Source: Felis catus (lineage: Eukaryota). Taken from it: a DNA stretch of 64,000 bases. Below, in pieces: positions 22,574 to 35,593 of this stretch. The notes beneath the pieces were generated by a model that worked only from the letters and a program-made list of their open reading frames with translations, was not told where the DNA came from and ran no database searches. The translations under genes were made by a program, and so were the position numbers. The DNA is taken from positions 214,026,001 to 214,090,000 of the forward strand of contig NC_058368.1 in NCBI RefSeq assembly GCF_018350175.1. Direction: 5' to 3'. Numbering within the stretch: the first letter of the stretch is position 1; each line of letters starts with the position of its first letter.

Positions 22574-25252
22574 TCTAAGCCTGACTGGAAAATTCTTCAA
22601 CTAACTGAAAGCAAACACTTTTAAACTCGAATGGGTCTCCAGCCTTGTTTTGGATATTTTCAGTGTTCTTTTTAGATTGATTAGAGCTTAAACAGTTCAG
22701 TGTTGTTCTCTATGTACATTGCAAACGTGGTGTTCAGGTAGTTATTTTCCAGTTTAGCGTTTCACTAATAGTCTGTTATTTTCCGCCTAGGTTGCTTTGT
22801 GACAGTCTCATGCAGAATTTCCTCTTCTGTGGTCTTTTCTCTTTTAGATATGTCTTATTATCCATTAAAGAGTAATGAGATAAATAGGTGCCATCAAGTT
22901 ACTACAGGGAATAAGTGCCTAGCGCAACCTTGCAAATAAGTAGTTGCTCTCTCACCTGGAGAGCTTTAAGATATGTCCATGCTGGAGACATTTTAAAGGG
23001 CTGACTTAAAAAAAATCTTTACTTAGTACTGCATCTATACTGTTCTCATAGGAGCTTTGTTAAAACTCTACTTATCATGAATATACGTGGGTGTTTATAG
23101 AAGAAAGAAAGTGAATATGAAATGATTTTCCTGTTGGGCATGTTTCAGGCAGGTTGTGAAACACAGAAATGACCAGAGATTCTAGATTTCTGAAGGGGAA
23201 ACCAGTCACTCAGCTTAGAGCCCTGAGGAATGGTGGTTGAAGGCAGAGGTGCTCTGACTAGAAGAGCTGTTTGCTGCAGCCACCAGGGCAGCAGACACTC
23301 CCTGGGCTTTTATTGCAGGAAGGAGGGCGTGTAGCCCCTACCCAGGACCTGACCCTCTAGGGTGGGAGGAATGCATCTGTGGCTCCCTGTGCAGTGTTTG
23401 GTATAAGGGATGAGGCCAACTGCCGGCTGGGCTTTCTACATCCTGTGTTGTCAGGCGGTGCTTCATTAGAGTAGGAGGTAGAATGGTCCACCTACAATTC
23501 CAGACAACATTCTTTGCTTCCTCTGTAAGTGTCCTATAGTGTTGCCACGTGGTCTGTGCCATCCTCTGACCTCCGTGTTCCATGGTTAGTGTCCAATACT
23601 CACATTCCTTCCTAGTTAAATTTGTGAAATGGACTTTGGAAGCTGGAATAACTCAGATTACAGTCCCAGAAACTTAAAAATAATTATTCAGAAAATCTCT
23701 TACATCGCCTCTATCTATCTGAATGTCATGGGAATTCAAATTTAGAGTTTCTCCTAAAATCAGTCCTAATGTTCATGTTGCTGTAGTAACATTGCTAATG
23801 AAAGAGAGTTTCCATGAGATCCATTTGTCAAACTCTGTTCAATTACAAGGGCTGGATTTATAAGCTTCATAGACTACTTCAACGTTATTCCTCCTCTGCA
23901 ACTTCCTGTTGGCATCAAACTTCCAGGCAACTTCCAGGCAGGCATCAAACTATGTAGCTGGATGAAAAGTTAATAAAATACTATGACAGATAGGCTAACT
24001 ATATGGGGCAAATTAGAAAGATCATGGTCATTATTGTATATAGCCAGTATTTTCTTTGTTGAGTTCATATAAGCTCTTTGGGCCAAATTTTTCCAAATCC
24101 TGCCCTTAGCCATGATATAAAGACAGATGCCATCAAACTCCCCAGTCCAGAAAAAAATTATACATTCAAATTTCTGGAGCTTTGGTAAATTAAATCCCAA
24201 TCTCAGATTTTGACTTTGACCCCATTCTCAGTTTGATATTACTAGTTAGCGTGTGATGCATTCTTTTGGAAACGATATGCCGGAGTATGATAGGATATAC
24301 TCTGTGAAGTTATGCGCTTCAGTTTTAAGATGGAATATTTAACACATGTTTGTCTTTTCACAGTTCCCAAAAACCACTGGGGAAAAAAGGACAGAAGTAG
24401 TTAACCCATAGTGAGAAGACCAAGATAAGGGGAAAAAGGGTGGGTCACCAATGGATAATCAAGTTCAGTGAATTTCTAGGAATGAAACTATGAGGAATGA
24501 AGGAAGCCCAGAACATGCCATGGGAGGTAGCAGTGCAAATGGGAGCCAAGAACCTTGAAGAGACGCCAGGTTCTGCATCAAACCAGGAGTTAAAACAGGA
24601 GTAAAGGCCACTAGTCAAAGATAATCTTATGGAACAACTGCACAGGTGGGTCCCACAGTTCTGTATGTAGGCTAGGACTTACCTGTAAGCCAAACTAACC
24701 AACCAACCAACCAACCACCCAATCCAAACCAACCAACCAATCAGTAAAAGCAGAGGGCTATTTTCTAAAACAAATATGAACTCTGAGAAAAAGTCAAGGT
24801 CCCAGGTGTGTTGGTGCCTAGAGTAGACCTCTCTTCATTTGGCCTTTGGCTGACTTACAGCCTAACAGAAGCTGACCTTTCACTCACTGTAAAGTAAAAC
24901 TGGCAGCTGACTCATCTCATCCATGTGAACAGACTTCCCAATCAGAATTCCTCAGAAAAGGAGAGGGCCTTTGAGGATATAGATCTATTTAAGCAACAAC
25001 AAAGGAAAGCCACACCAGCCACTCTGGTTTCTGTTGTCAAATATGAATTTACATTATGAGTCATAGGACAAAATAGGATGAACTATCAGTCATAGGACAA
25101 AAACCAGTTGCATGGAAAAGAAAGACCAAGTAACCTGTATCAGCTAGAATGCATTCAAGTGTGAGTGACAGAAAACCCAAGTAAAATGGACTTGAGCAAG
25201 GAGGATATTTATTTTCTCATATAAAGAAAAATCTGGAGATGGGAAGATTCTT

Positions 25253-25463
25253 TTTTTTAAGTTTTTTTTTTAAGTTTATTTATTTATTTTGAGAGAGTGA
25301 GCACAAGTTGGGGAGGGGCAGAGAGAGAGGGAGAAAGACAGAATCCCAAGCAGGCTCTGCACTGGCAGCAGAGAGCACGACACGAGCTTCAAATCCAGGA
25401 ACCATGAGACAAATACCTGAGCCGAAGTCGACTTCTTCGCTGAATGAACCACCGAGGTACCCC
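25253..25463 (-). mobile_element. Can-SINE inserted in the A-tail of the adjacent SINE
   Basis: SINE body ending CCACCGAGGTACCCC; flanked by TAAGTTTTTTTTTTAA and TAAATTTTTTTTTAA. Confidence 0.88.
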
Positions 25464-25659
25464 TAAATTTTTTTTTAATGCTTATTTATTTTTGAGGGAA
25501 AGTGAGCCAGAGAGGGGCAGAGAGAGAGAGACAGAGGAAGACAGACAGGCTCAGTGCTTCCAGTGAAAAGCCTGACGCAGGGGCTCGAGCCCACAAACCA
25601 CGAGATCATGACCTGAGCCAAAGTTGGACACTCAACCGACTAAACCACCCAGGTGCCCC
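25464..25659 (-). mobile_element. Can-SINE
   Basis: Body ending CCACCCAGGTGCCCC; outer degenerate TSD GATGGGAAGATTCTT (25238) and GATGGGAGGGTTCTT (25662). Confidence 0.9.
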
Positions 25660-25987
25660 AGGATGGGAGGGTTCTTAAATGGAGCAGCTCCACAATGTCT
25701 TCAAGGACTTAGGGCCTTCATCTTTTTATTCCACTCTCCTCAGCATGTTAGTGATTTCTTTCCTCATGGTTATGGCCAGCAGGAGGTATTATATGAATAA
25801 AATTGCTTTTGAAAGTTCTTAATTGTTTTTTTTTTACCATGTGTTACTTATTATTAGTGATTATACCTTTCCCATAAATGTTGCAGGAGATTTTCCCTAG
25901 GGTCACATTGGATCTCATGAATTGGGTCTCACACCTATGCCTATAAAATCACTAGAAATGGGAAGGAGACTGTTGAGAATGGCCTAG

Positions 25988-26195
25988 ACCAGGGTCTCCC
26001 AACCTTGGCACTATTGACATTTTGGAACAGACAATTCTTTGCCATGGAGGGTTGTCCTGGACATTGTACAATGTTTAGGAGCATCCCTGGCCTCTACTCA
26101 CTAGATTCTAGTAATACCTCTACCCTGTTGCAACAACGAAAAATATCTTTGGACATTGCCAAATGTCCTCTGGGGGGCAAAACCACTACTTGACA
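25988..26195 (+). mobile_element. MER20 (hAT-Charlie)
   Basis: CCAACCTTGGCACTATTGACATTTTGG..AGCATCCCTGGCCTCTAC.CACTAGAT..GACATTGCCAAATGTCC.CTGGGGGGCAAAA. Confidence 0.88.
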
Positions 26196-26759
26196 GTAAT
26201 TCTCAGACCTTTGATTTTACGCCAAGAGGAAGTGAACTGCAGAGTCCTATAGAATTCTAGAGGAGTGTTCTCTCGATCAGTCTCCAGTAGGCCATGAAAG
26301 ACAATGGACAACAATGAGTTTCCTAGAGAGCAGAACCAGGGGTAGGAAAAGGACCATTGGGGCTGCATACAGAAAGCAGAGTCAAAGATCAGCTTTGCTA
26401 TAGTGGGATTTGATATATGCAGCAAAACACTGACCTGTGTACATTTCCTGTTCTGCTATTTCCCAGATGAGTGGTGTTCATCCTGTTTCGTCTTGTTTTT
26501 TTTTGGTTTGCTGGGTTTTTTTGTTTGTTTGTTTGTTTTTCAGTTATTCTGTGTCTTCTCCCCCCTTGTATATCAGATGTGTTGTTTCTTAGCATACACC
26601 ATCTAACCCCAGGGAGAACCATCTACACCTGGCAGAGGATAATCACTCACAGACTGAGAACTTCAAGCATCTGAGTGAGACTGTGTGTGTGCCTCCCTTG
26701 GTGAAGGGATGAGTGTGTTCTGTTAGTGTATGTGGGTATTGACGAGCCAAAGGGAGGAC

Positions 26760-27248
26760 TTTGGCAGACACTGTAAATTGGATTACTCAACATCTATTTC
26801 CAACTTCCTTCACTTTACAAATTTCACTATAGAGGTTGTAAATGTACATACTTACCCAGTCACCCACACAGCTAGTGGTAGCCACATGACACAGTTCTGA
26901 TCGGGGAGACACGAACAGAAGTTTATGGAGGAGACTGTTCTAGGGAAGCATTTGCTTTGTTGATAAAGGAAACAAATGCAGCTGGCCCAGCTCTTTCTTC
27001 CCTTTTCCTCTTCCTCCTGCCTGGATCCCAAATTTGATTCCTGGCTTTACAGTCATGTTGCAGCCATGGGACAGCGAGTCAACATGCTTGGAATGGCACA
27101 ATGGGAAGACAGAGTCTGGGATTTCCATCACCTCATTACCTCTCTATCAGTTCTGGTTTGTTGATAAGTTCTCTGGACTTACTGATAACTGAGCAATTTA
27201 TAAGTCAGGTATTCTGTCATTTGAAGTTGAACAGGAACTGATTAACAA
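26760..27248 (+). mobile_element. MLT1-type LTR remnant
   Basis: GCTAGTGGTAGCCACATGACACAGTTCTG..GCAGCCAT..TTCTGTCATTTG..CTGATTAACA. Confidence 0.5.
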
Positions 27249-28927
27249 CGTAAAAGAATGTTGAGTAAAGGAGAAAGGGTGGAATGAAGGATAGGAATGC
27301 TAATAGCCTTGCCTTATATGTAGTGGAACTGAAATAATGACTTCTGTCTTTGAAACCTGGTCCATGATAATATTTGGTAGTTCCTTATCTACCCTCACCT
27401 TTTGTTGTTGTTGTTTTTGGTTTTTAATCTCAAGATCCTTTCCCTATTCTGAGCTTAGTACCTGGAGGAGGCTGGCATAACCATATGCATCAATCAAGTT
27501 CTTGGCTTTTGAGACTCTAAGTATGCTTTTGAAATTCATTTTCTTGAAATCCAAAGATTTTCAATTTGCAAGAGCCAGGCTTCTTGAGAAAGAATATGTC
27601 ATTAAATTCCAAAAGCTGGGTTTTAAGTATCTGAAGAAAAATGTCTGCAGGAATCAAGCCATAAAGGAAGGTGTGTCTGAAGTGAGGAAGAAGGCCAGAG
27701 GTTCAGGGAATTAGAGGGAAAGCAAGTACTGTACTTAGGAAGTTGGTTGTGTTCTGCCCGGAGCTCTTCACTGAGTCCTGGGGCAGGAGAGGGTGAGGTT
27801 TGAAAATGTAAGAGTGAAAAGGAGCAATGCATTCCTTTATGCATTCATCTCCTGGAAGGCAGCAAGCCAAACAGCAGACCTCACAGAAGTCCCCCCACCA
27901 GTGCCTAACAGAATGACGCCTTAGCGAGTGGGAATTGTAGGGGGATAGGCCAAGGTAAAGAAGGCCTGACACAGCCTTGCTGAGTTTGCTGTGTCCTCAT
28001 ACGTCATAGAGGAGAGTTAGAAAACTGGTCATGGCCCTAAAAAGGATCAGGATGGCTAGTGGATCTAAAGGGATCTCTTATCGGAACATGGATGATGCAG
28101 TCCATGTGAACTAGTAATCAGAGATCATGCTGGTGCCTGGATCAGCTCAGTGGATGTCAAAAGAGATTCTGATGACCAAAAGTCAGGAGATGCCAAGGAG
28201 GACGGAGGTCAACCATAGATAGAAGCCTACCTATTCCCAGAGATCTGGCACCACATAAATACCTGGGTAGCAACCTGCACTCCTGTGAATGTGGAGAAGG
28301 GGGGAGTTAAATCTGACCGTATAAGAGATTACATGCAAAATGACTGAGTTTGCTTGGAATTAATTGGTAATGAATAAGGTTTCTGCCAGCTGGTGCAATG
28401 GGATCTCTTAGTTATAGAAATGAAGTTAATCCTTTTTATGTTTAAGAATGTGGCTTGAGAAAATCAAAACTGCTACATAAGAAACTGAAGCATATTATTT
28501 AAAGTAATTACAGATAAACAAGCAAATAAATAAAAATGATAGCATATCAAATATTATAAGGAGGAAGAGGTGGGAGAGGAGAGAGGATGGTTGTAAAAGT
28601 TAATTAAATCCTCATCTTTCATTTCTGGAAGACAATATGCTAAATATAAATTTGATACATTCAGAAACTTCATAGTCATGTTTAGTTTTGAAGGTAACAA
28701 GTATAGGAATAAAAAAGAATTGTTTCTTGGGAGAGGGACTAGGGATGAGCAGAAGACTTTCTTTTAATAGTTATTTGTGCTCTACTACTTGATTTTTATT
28801 CTTACAACATACTCATTTTACTTTGATATAAATTAAACTAAATAAAAAATAATCATGAACCTGTGAGTGGTTGTGCTATATGCTGTAGCAGTATATGCTA
28901 ATAGAATATATATTCAAAAGATAAAAG

Positions 28928-29093
28928 CAGCATAGGAAATACAATCGATGGTGTTGTATGGTGATGAATAGTAGCTACACTTGTGATGAGTTTAGCATAA
29001 CATACAGAGGTGTTGAATGCACTATGTTATACACCTGAAACTTATGTAACATTGTGTGTCAACTACACTCAAATGAAAAAATAAATAAAAAAC
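28928..29093 (+). mobile_element. 5'-truncated L1 (3' UTR end plus A tail)
   Basis: TGTATGGTGATG..ACTATGTTATACACCTGAAACTTATGTAACATTGTGTGTCAACTA..AAATAAATAAAAA; 11-bp TSD AAAGATAAAAG at 28917-28927 and 29094-29104. Confidence 0.85.
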
Positions 29094-31312
29094 AAAGATA
29101 AAAGTACACTTAGGTTTTCTAAGAATATGGAATATCATGCTCTAGAAAATGGCTTTGCAGAGCCCTGCAAGAATTCCTAGACTGTATGGGTAAATACGGC
29201 AACCACCCGGCCACTAGGAAATGGATATTATGAGTCAGGAAACAGAAGAGAAGGACAAATACATGTGAAGCTTAGATAGGGAGTCTTTTCAAAACAGTTA
29301 CTGTGAGAGAGATTGTATCAAAGGTTGTGTCATAGCAGTTGGAGCTGTGAGATAATAAATGTGGAATTTGAATGGTCTTGTGTGAGATGTACTAGGAGCA
29401 GTTTCTAAGGCATAAATACATGTGCACATGTGCATGTGCACCCCTCCCCACACACACACACTCGTATTGGATTTAGCTTGCACTCTAGCCCACTAATCAT
29501 CTTTTTCTCACTTGGCCTTCATATCGGATCCTCGGAGCCCAATTAGAGGCCTCAGAAGTAAGTCTGTTACACTCTCTGTTTCCCCTACTTCATCCATGGC
29601 CCCACATAGACAGAGGACTGACAGACAAGGGCCAGAGGGTCAGGACTAAAATCAGTGGTCATTTGACCCGTGTGGAAACACAGCTCCTGGAACAAAGGAC
29701 TGAGACTTCATAGGGGTCTAGGAAACAGACCAGCAAAGCCTTTTAGCGTTGAGCACATGACCTCTGTACAATTACATCAAAATCACTCTTTTTTTTTTTT
29801 TTTTTTTTTTTCCCAGTTTGGGTAACTTTTGTACTGATAACTTGGGCCAATAACCTTCATTATTATTTTTGGGCTGATGGAGCCATAAGAGTAGAGAAAT
29901 ATTCTGGGCAAGGTGAATTCGTGATGTGAATGACATCTCCTGATTACTTCTTCAGACAATATATGCAAAGAAGCATTTTCAACATTCTATCAAGTTCATT
30001 CTCTTAAAATCTGAAGAAGCAAGTAAGGGTTATATATATTTGGATCCCAAATCAGTTCAAGTTGATTTATGGCTGGTAACAACAATTAGTGTGATTAATT
30101 AAAATGTTCAGCCAGGCAAATTTCCTGAAAGGATTTGTAGAAACTCTTGAAAATCAGAGAATGAGCTAAGATTTGTTTTTTAAAATTGATTTCAACCCAT
30201 GACACCTTAGGGTATAATCATGCTGTTCACAACTATATTATGGTCCCACCAAAGAAAAATTCTATTCATGTGGCTACAGAGAGGTGAATGGGAACTTCTG
30301 ACCTCTAACAGTGCAATTTTGCTTTCCCAATAACAGCATCCTGGAAGCACTGGGGCAGATTGCTTTCGCTAGAATGCAATACCTGAAAACTGGCCTTTGC
30401 TTTCTGGCCGTTCATTTGACCACCTAGGAGAGCGCTTATTCACAGCTGACAATACAGAAAGAGATTTAATCAAAATCAAGCTCCATACACATATTTTATA
30501 CCTACATCAGGGTGCTTTGGTTGAAATTCAACCCTAGGATTTTTGAAGTCTTGATGGGTAGGAGTTGGAAAACCTGTCATTTAAAAACTGCCAGCAGTTG
30601 TCTAGTTCAATGGAGGTGTCGAAGCTCCTTTCTGAACAAGATGGTTCTTTTGTTCTGGGTGAACCACCTGAATGGGCTGCCCTAGTCAACTAAGCGCAAA
30701 TATACCTAATCCTTTTCTATCGATTTGAATTCTTTCCTGAAACCCCTGCCATTACGTGAAAAGCTGCTACATGGAAAATATTTCCATTAGTTGTAATGAA
30801 TTCCGTCCTCACCTGAGGTTCCCAATTTTATCAGAGAGAGAAATATATCAATTGGATAATGAAAATGAAATTCAATAGTTAATAAACAACAATCATAAAA
30901 CAGAATTTTCACACAAAATGTAGTGTAATGGAGGTTTATTTTGCTTTTTTTCTCTTATACTGTTTTCTTCACCAATCTTTCAACCATTTTAGAACCCATG
31001 GTTATCTGGAACTCAAACAATATTGAGAAATAAATGTAAGCACTGATGATTATCTGTAGGGAGAAATTAAGGCTAATCTTTCCACCTTTCCATCTTCCTT
31101 GCTCCATGTAGGCACACAGCAAAGCATCCGAGCTTCCAATGTGTGTGCAATTCAAATGTGTTCTAGATGATATTCTCTAACCAGAAGCTGTTGGCCTGAG
31201 TAAATTAGTGAATGTGTCTTTGCCTGAAAGTATAATTTCAAAATATCACTTCTTATGGCTTATTTAGTATGTTTTGGGATATAAAGTCATTATAATGAAA
31301 AAAAAAAGGGAG

Positions 31313-31685
31313 TGTGGTAGGCAGTATTATAATGGACCCCCCCACAAAGATATTTAAATCCTAATCCCCCAAATCTGTGAATATATTACCTTACAAGGCA
31401 AGAGATTTGCAGATGTGATTACATGAAGGATCTGGATTATCTGGGTGGGTCCTGTGTAATGACAAGGGTCCCTGGAGGAGGGAAGGGGGAGAGGGTAAGA
31501 GAAAGAAGGGTGATGATGGAAGCAGAGGTCAGAGTGATGCAAGGAAGGTGCCACCAGACAAAGTGCAGATGGGTGGCCCCTAGATGCTGGAAAAGGCAGG
31601 AATGGATTCTGCCCTAGAGCCTCCAGCAGGAGCACAGTACTGTTGTTCCATTTTAGATTTCTTGCCTCAAAAGTTGTGAGGTAAT
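31313..31685 (+). mobile_element. MLT1D-like LTR (ERVL-MaLR)
   Basis: TGTGGTAGGCAG..AAAGAT..TCCTAATCCCC..CTGTGAATAT.TTACCTTACA.GGCAA..TTTGCAGATGTGATTA..TGGATTCT.CCCTAGAGCCTCCAG. Confidence 0.85.
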
Positions 31686-32240
31686 CAGCAACCTGATTGT
31701 CCATCAGTGGATGAATGGATAAAAAAGATGTGGTGTATCTATACCATGGGATATTCTTCAACCAGGAGAAAGAAAGACATTTCCTCCATTTGGGATAACA
31801 TGGAACCTGAGGGTATTGTGTTAAGTGAAACAAACCAGAGAAGGACAAATACTGCATGGTCTTACTTACATGTCGAATCGGGGGGGGGGGGGGGAAGAAG
31901 TCAAACTCATAGAAACAAAGAGTAGAAAAATGGTTGCCAGGGGTTGGGATGGTTGTGGGGAAAATAGCGAGAATTTGGTAAAAGGGTACAAACTTACCAC
32001 CTAGGTGGCTCAGTCGGTTGAGTGTCTGACTTAGGCTCAGGTCATGATCTCATGGTTTGTGAGTTTGAACCCTGCGTTGGGCTTTGGGCTGTCAGTTCAG
32101 AGCCTGGAGCCTGCTTCAGATTCTGTGTAACCCTCTGTCTCTGCCCCTCCCCCACTCACACTCTGTCTCTGTTTATAATGAATAAACGTTAAAAATTTTT
32201 TTTAAAAAAAGGGTACAAACTTTCAGCTGTAGATAATCAG
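31686..32240 (+). mobile_element. L1 3' fragment (end of ORF2 and 3' UTR) with inserted SINE
   Basis: TGTCCATCAGTGGATGAATGGATAAAAAAGATGTGGTGTAT..ACATGG..TAAGTGAAA..GACAAATACTGCATG..AAAGGGTACAAACTT. Confidence 0.88.
31996..32206 (+). mobile_element. Can-SINE inserted in L1
   Basis: GGTGGCTCAGTCGGTTGAGTGTCTGACTT..; 16-bp TSD AAAAGGGTACAAACTT at 31980-31995 and 32207-32222. Confidence 0.93.
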
Positions 32241-32635
32241 ATTTAAAAAACTGGCTAGTGTTTGTACCCTAGGTCTGTGAATTATCTTTCATTTAAAAAA
32301 TTTCTAGTTTAACCAAAAGAGCCTGCTGATTACTTTCCTAAACAACCAGAAATTTAAAAAGTGGTTTTGAAAGTTGTTTTCCATAGCTTTCCCTAGGCTT
32401 GATAAAACGTGGGTTTGATAAATATCAGTGTATCCAGTTTAGTTCAGCAAACCTTTAATGAATATTTGTTCTGTTTTGTCTTTCAAAATTCTGTCTCAGG
32501 AAATTCATGGGAACATTTTTTTCCCATTGCACAAATCTATCTCATTAAAAGATGTCTATTAAAAGCCTGCTGTGTGAGGTTCTATGGGATCCACTACTAT
32601 AACTTTAAACCTGGCCCAAGAAGAAGATACCATAT

Positions 32636-33215
32636 GTTTAGTATGAGGGAGAAAAATTTATTGCTGGAGTCAGAAAACCAAACTCAGATAGGCTTAAACA
32701 AATTTAGAAATTTATTGACTTAACTGAAAAGTATAAAATTAGGCCTGGCTCCAAGCACTGTCTTCCCAGAGTTTCAAAATATCACATTTTCTTCATGATT
32801 CTTTTAGTTGTCCCTCCTCTTTGTGCCAGATTTATCTTCAGGCTGGCTCCCCTCATGTTAGAAAAATGACTTCTGCAATTCTAGATATCACACCCTCAGC
32901 ACACCATCTGAGAAAGAAAGAGTATGTCTTCTTGGAGTTCCTTCAGAAGATAAGGGAGACTTCTATTCTCAAAGCCCCAGCAAATAGCTCTTATGCCTCC
33001 TGGACCTTAATTAGATCATGTCTTCTCTTCTAAAGAAAATATCAAGACTCAGACTTGGGTGGGACCGGTGGATGGTTTATGTTCCATTTGAAAACAAAAG
33101 AGGAGTAAATTCCACCCAAGTCGCATGGCTGAGAATAGGACAGGAACAATTGTCCCAGGAAAAATGTGGGTGCTTTTCAAGGGAAAAGGTGAATCAATGT
33201 ATGTCCACAGTGTAG
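32636..33215 (-). mobile_element. Old MLT1(K/L)-type LTR
   Basis: CAGAAAACCAAACTCAGATAGGCTTAAACAAA..ATTTATTGACT..CAGGCTGGCTCCCCTCATG pattern. Confidence 0.5.
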
Positions 33216-33219
33216 AGTA

Positions 33220-33960
33220 AACAAAATGCAGGAAGATAAGCACAAAGTGCTATGATGCTATGGTATCAAAGAGAGAAATCTTTTGTCAGGGTTGGGGAAA
33301 TAAAAGATTTCATTAAATAGTTGTAGTTTGCGTATTGATTCCTACTTATCCTTAAAGGTCCATTGTAGAGAGGGGGAAAAAAGACATCCTTTGAAGTAGG
33401 AACACAGCAGCAAAAGGAAGGAGGCAGAAAACTGTAGAGTTGTGCAATGGTGACACTAATTAATGCAGCATGACTACAATACAAAACATTGGAAGGCAGC
33501 TGAAAAGGGAAGCTGGAGCCTTATTGTGTAGGACTTTCCTTGAATTCCAGCAGGAGGAGTCATATTTAATTTAGAAACCAAAGGGGAGCCATTGACAGGT
33601 TTTGAATAGAGGAAAGATATAACCAAATATGCCTGCTGGAAATATTAATCTGCCAGGAGTGAATTGGACGAATTGTAGCAGAGAGAGACACAATTCATGG
33701 AGAGCAGTTAGGGGGCTATTGTAGTATTCTGATGAAAATGATGAAGGAGGGTGGCAGCCAAGAAGTGGGAGGAGATGATGGGCATGAGAGACTTAACATA
33801 GTGGGATCTTCCTGGCTTGCTAATAAATAGGTTGTAAAGGGCTAAAGGAGGAGGATTAGTAGTGACACAGAGCTCTGATGTCACCGTGATTAGCAAGACA
33901 GTGGTATCATTCATGAAAATGGAGAACTCAAAAATGGGAGGTGTTTTGCTGAGCAAGAAA
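33220..33960 (-). mobile_element. L2 fragment
   Basis: AAGTGCTATG..GGGAGCCATTGACAGGTTTTGAA..GTTAGGGGGCTATTGTAGTA..GTGGTATCATTCA. Confidence 0.55.
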
Positions 33961-35593
33961 CTCCACAGGTAGGGCGCCATAAGACTGCCTGCCCCTGTGC
34001 CAGTTGATCCTTAATTGCTTGAAAAGCAAAGGGCCCCTCTGCTATAAGTCACCTCTTTTACAAGCACAAGTAGTTAACTCTGACCTCTTTTACCTTGTCG
34101 ATTCATTAGCTCTTAACATCACAGAGCCATAACCCAGGGGCAGAATCATGCGCCTTCAGAAGTGTGGGGGGTTTGAATGGGTTGGAATGACATCCATTTT
34201 TTCCCTAAGCAGGTTCAGATTTGAAACTCTAGACTCAGTAGATGGAGATCAAAATATTATCTCTAGTGCTGAGAAAACCATAGGAGAATGTGGGTCAAAT
34301 GGACTCCTTCAGATTGCCCAATTAAAACAACTGACTGATACACAGTTACTCCTTGGGATGCAGGCTATCTCCTGTGGGGACAGAGCCTCTGAATGAAGAC
34401 TTACACTGTGTCCTAAGAGAATGGCCCTTTCTCTATGGGCAGGTAGGTCCCAGAGAGAAAAGAGAGACATACAGGCCCATTTCTTTTCTTCACCAGTAGG
34501 TCCTTCCTCTCCCCCTGGGAGGAATGGGTGAGAGGGGTGGAGACAGACCTGAGGTTTTGTTCTCACTGACAGTGGGACTTTCTTGTGATCATGTGCAGAA
34601 CTTGCCTTCCGTTTCTTCATCGTCTAAGCCTGGTATCCCCAATTCATGATGGCTTCTGGACTCTGACTCTCCCTGATTTTGACTCAATGAAGACATAGAG
34701 GAAGCCAGACAGGCAGATTTCCTAGTGACTGCATAAGGAGCTCAAAAGATTTGAATTTATGACCTGTTGTGATGATATTGGAGTTTTAGAAGGTTCCCTC
34801 TGGTGACAATGTAGGAGAATGGCACATGGTGGAGAGGTCAGTTAAGAAGATTGGGCTGGAATCCAGAGGGAAGGTGATGAAGGGTTGTAGCAAAACACTG
34901 ACCATGAGGTTGGAGTAGGGGAAACTGATTCAGGAGCCATTTAAGAGGAATCCACAAACCATTTAAGAGGACTACAAGTAGACAGAAAGAAAGAGAAAGT
35001 GAGATAACTCCAGTTGACTGCCTTGGGTCCATGGTTCAACAATGATGTCATTCCTCAAGAAAACTATAGGAAGATGAGCATGTTGAAGGGGGCAAAGTGA
35101 GATTTCATTTTGTGGTCTTTTAGTTGCATATGGTGTTTCCAAGTGAAGATGGCCAGAAATGACTTCACTTCTTTTTGAAGTACAGACAAAATAAAGCTAG
35201 AGATTGGCTTGAAGTGGGAGCATGGAGACACTTATTTTTCACTCCTCACGTTTCCATATTGGGTAGGGAGTTACATTGCCCCACTCAGAGGAAAAAGGAA
35301 CACTCCCAGCCTCTCTCCAACACCTTACTCACTCCTTTGCAGGGCATCCTCCTTCTTCCTAACTGGTTCTGTGTCCTCTTTCTTTCAGATCTGTCTGCCT
35401 ATCTAGACGGCTTCCTCAAATTTTCCATCTGATATGTTTCCAGGCAAGTCCTGCTGCTTTGGTTTCGATGTAGGCTCTATTGACTGCTGATCCAAAGCCA
35501 TACTCTTAAATCAATTTTATCAGTAATATAGCTTTAATCCCATCTTTTTTTCCATCTCTTCTTTATCAGTTGGTTCAGAAACTCTGGAGGAGA

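Larger units (their letters stand above)
25136..25985 (-). mobile_element. Old MLT1(J/K/L)-type LTR interrupted by two Can-SINEs
   Basis: TGTATCAGCTAG..GTGACAGAAAACCCAA..TGGACTTGAGCAAG..ATTTATT..CTCATATAA start; continues after the SINEs. Confidence 0.5.

Noticed and set aside
22310..22604. Low-complexity ORFs (KKER and FLPS repeats)
   Set aside because: Microsatellite translations.
25059..25102. Short 11-15 bp direct repeats (also near 6400, 18390 and 34936)
   Set aside because: Ordinary slippage microduplications; no array, so nothing CRISPR-like.
31354..31925. 167-aa and 72-aa ORFs
   Set aside because: Read-through of MLT1 LTR and L1 fragments; MDEWIKKMW is a degraded L1 ORF2 end.
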